A DNA stretch of 58,913 nucleotides, the filler included, from Asterionella formosa (Eukaryota), in the NCBI GenBank assembly GCA_002256025.1. It is 5 parts of 5 records of this genome, joined end to end, with 100 filler letters (N's around TTAATTAATTAA, not from the genome) between each part and the next. Parts side by side here need not be neighbours in the genome. Positions count along the whole stretch, not along the records: positions 47,227 to 58,913 come from NKIB01008243.1; 4 more parts are not named here. One strand, written 5' to 3'. The position numbers were made by a program, and so were the translations under genes. The notes beneath the pieces are model-generated. The model searched no databases. It was given only the letters and a program-made list of their open reading frames with translations, and was not told the DNA's origin. Within the stretch, counting starts at the first letter, position 1; each line of letters opens with the position of its first letter. This document shows, in pieces, positions 58,523-58,913 of this stretch.

Positions 58523-58913
58523 TGACTAAGCATAGCCTGCTCCAGCTTTTTCTGAAGTACAATTTACACAAATTTAGTACAAAATGAATGTCGATGAGGA
58601 GGACCGTCTGCGCCAGTTTTCTTAATGAAGGCAAGAGCAGCTGCTGGAATGAAAGGAACAAAATATCACATTCATGGTAAAGTGAAATTTTTGTTATTGT
58701 TATTGTTATCGTTTTGCCGTCTTTTCTGCTATCATGGTTGTATTCTCATTGTTGTTATCGCTGTCCCTGTTGTTTCTGCTGTCATTTCTATTGTTCTTAT
58801 TGTTGGAAACAAGGCGCTTTCTATTGTTTCATTGTGGTTACTGTGGTTGTATACCCTTTTCTTCCTTGGTGTTATTCGCCCTGCGTTTGAACTTGAAAAT
58901 GCATTGTTTGATA

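Overview
Eukaryotic genomic DNA, very probably from a diatom. The evidence is short GT-AG introns with CT(A/G)AC-type branch points, a diatom-type phytochrome, a bipartite plastid-targeting-like peptide and CoDi-like copia elements. Four 100-nt assembly gaps carry an artificial TTAATTAATTAA linker. From about 4.3 to 27 kb the window is gene-dense: two tandem membrane-anchored GLTP-domain genes, a DUF4602/C1orf131-like gene, a small membrane protein, a CMTR1-like cap methyltransferase, SMP-30/regucalcin, a MATE transporter, an HMG-box gene, UPF0598/C8orf82, U2SURP and a three-exon Tudor-CXXC-MBD-like-SET-like gene. Next come a cluster of TTAA-flanked, GG-terminated (Kolobok-type) DNA transposons, a PAS-GAF-PHY-HK-REC phytochrome, a copia 5' end with a self-complementary primer site, a mucin-like membrane protein and a UVR/coiled-coil protein. 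The last 15 kb are transposon-rich: a near-complete but dead copia element with 250-bp LTRs and a tRNA-Met half-type PBS, a Harbinger relic and a ~200-bp satellite. The most striking unexplained signal is a palindromic GGTACC/TACCAGGTACCTGGTA/ACCGGT motif family clustered upstream of nearly every host gene and absent between convergent gene ends. All family assignments come from motif recognition by eye; no searches were run.
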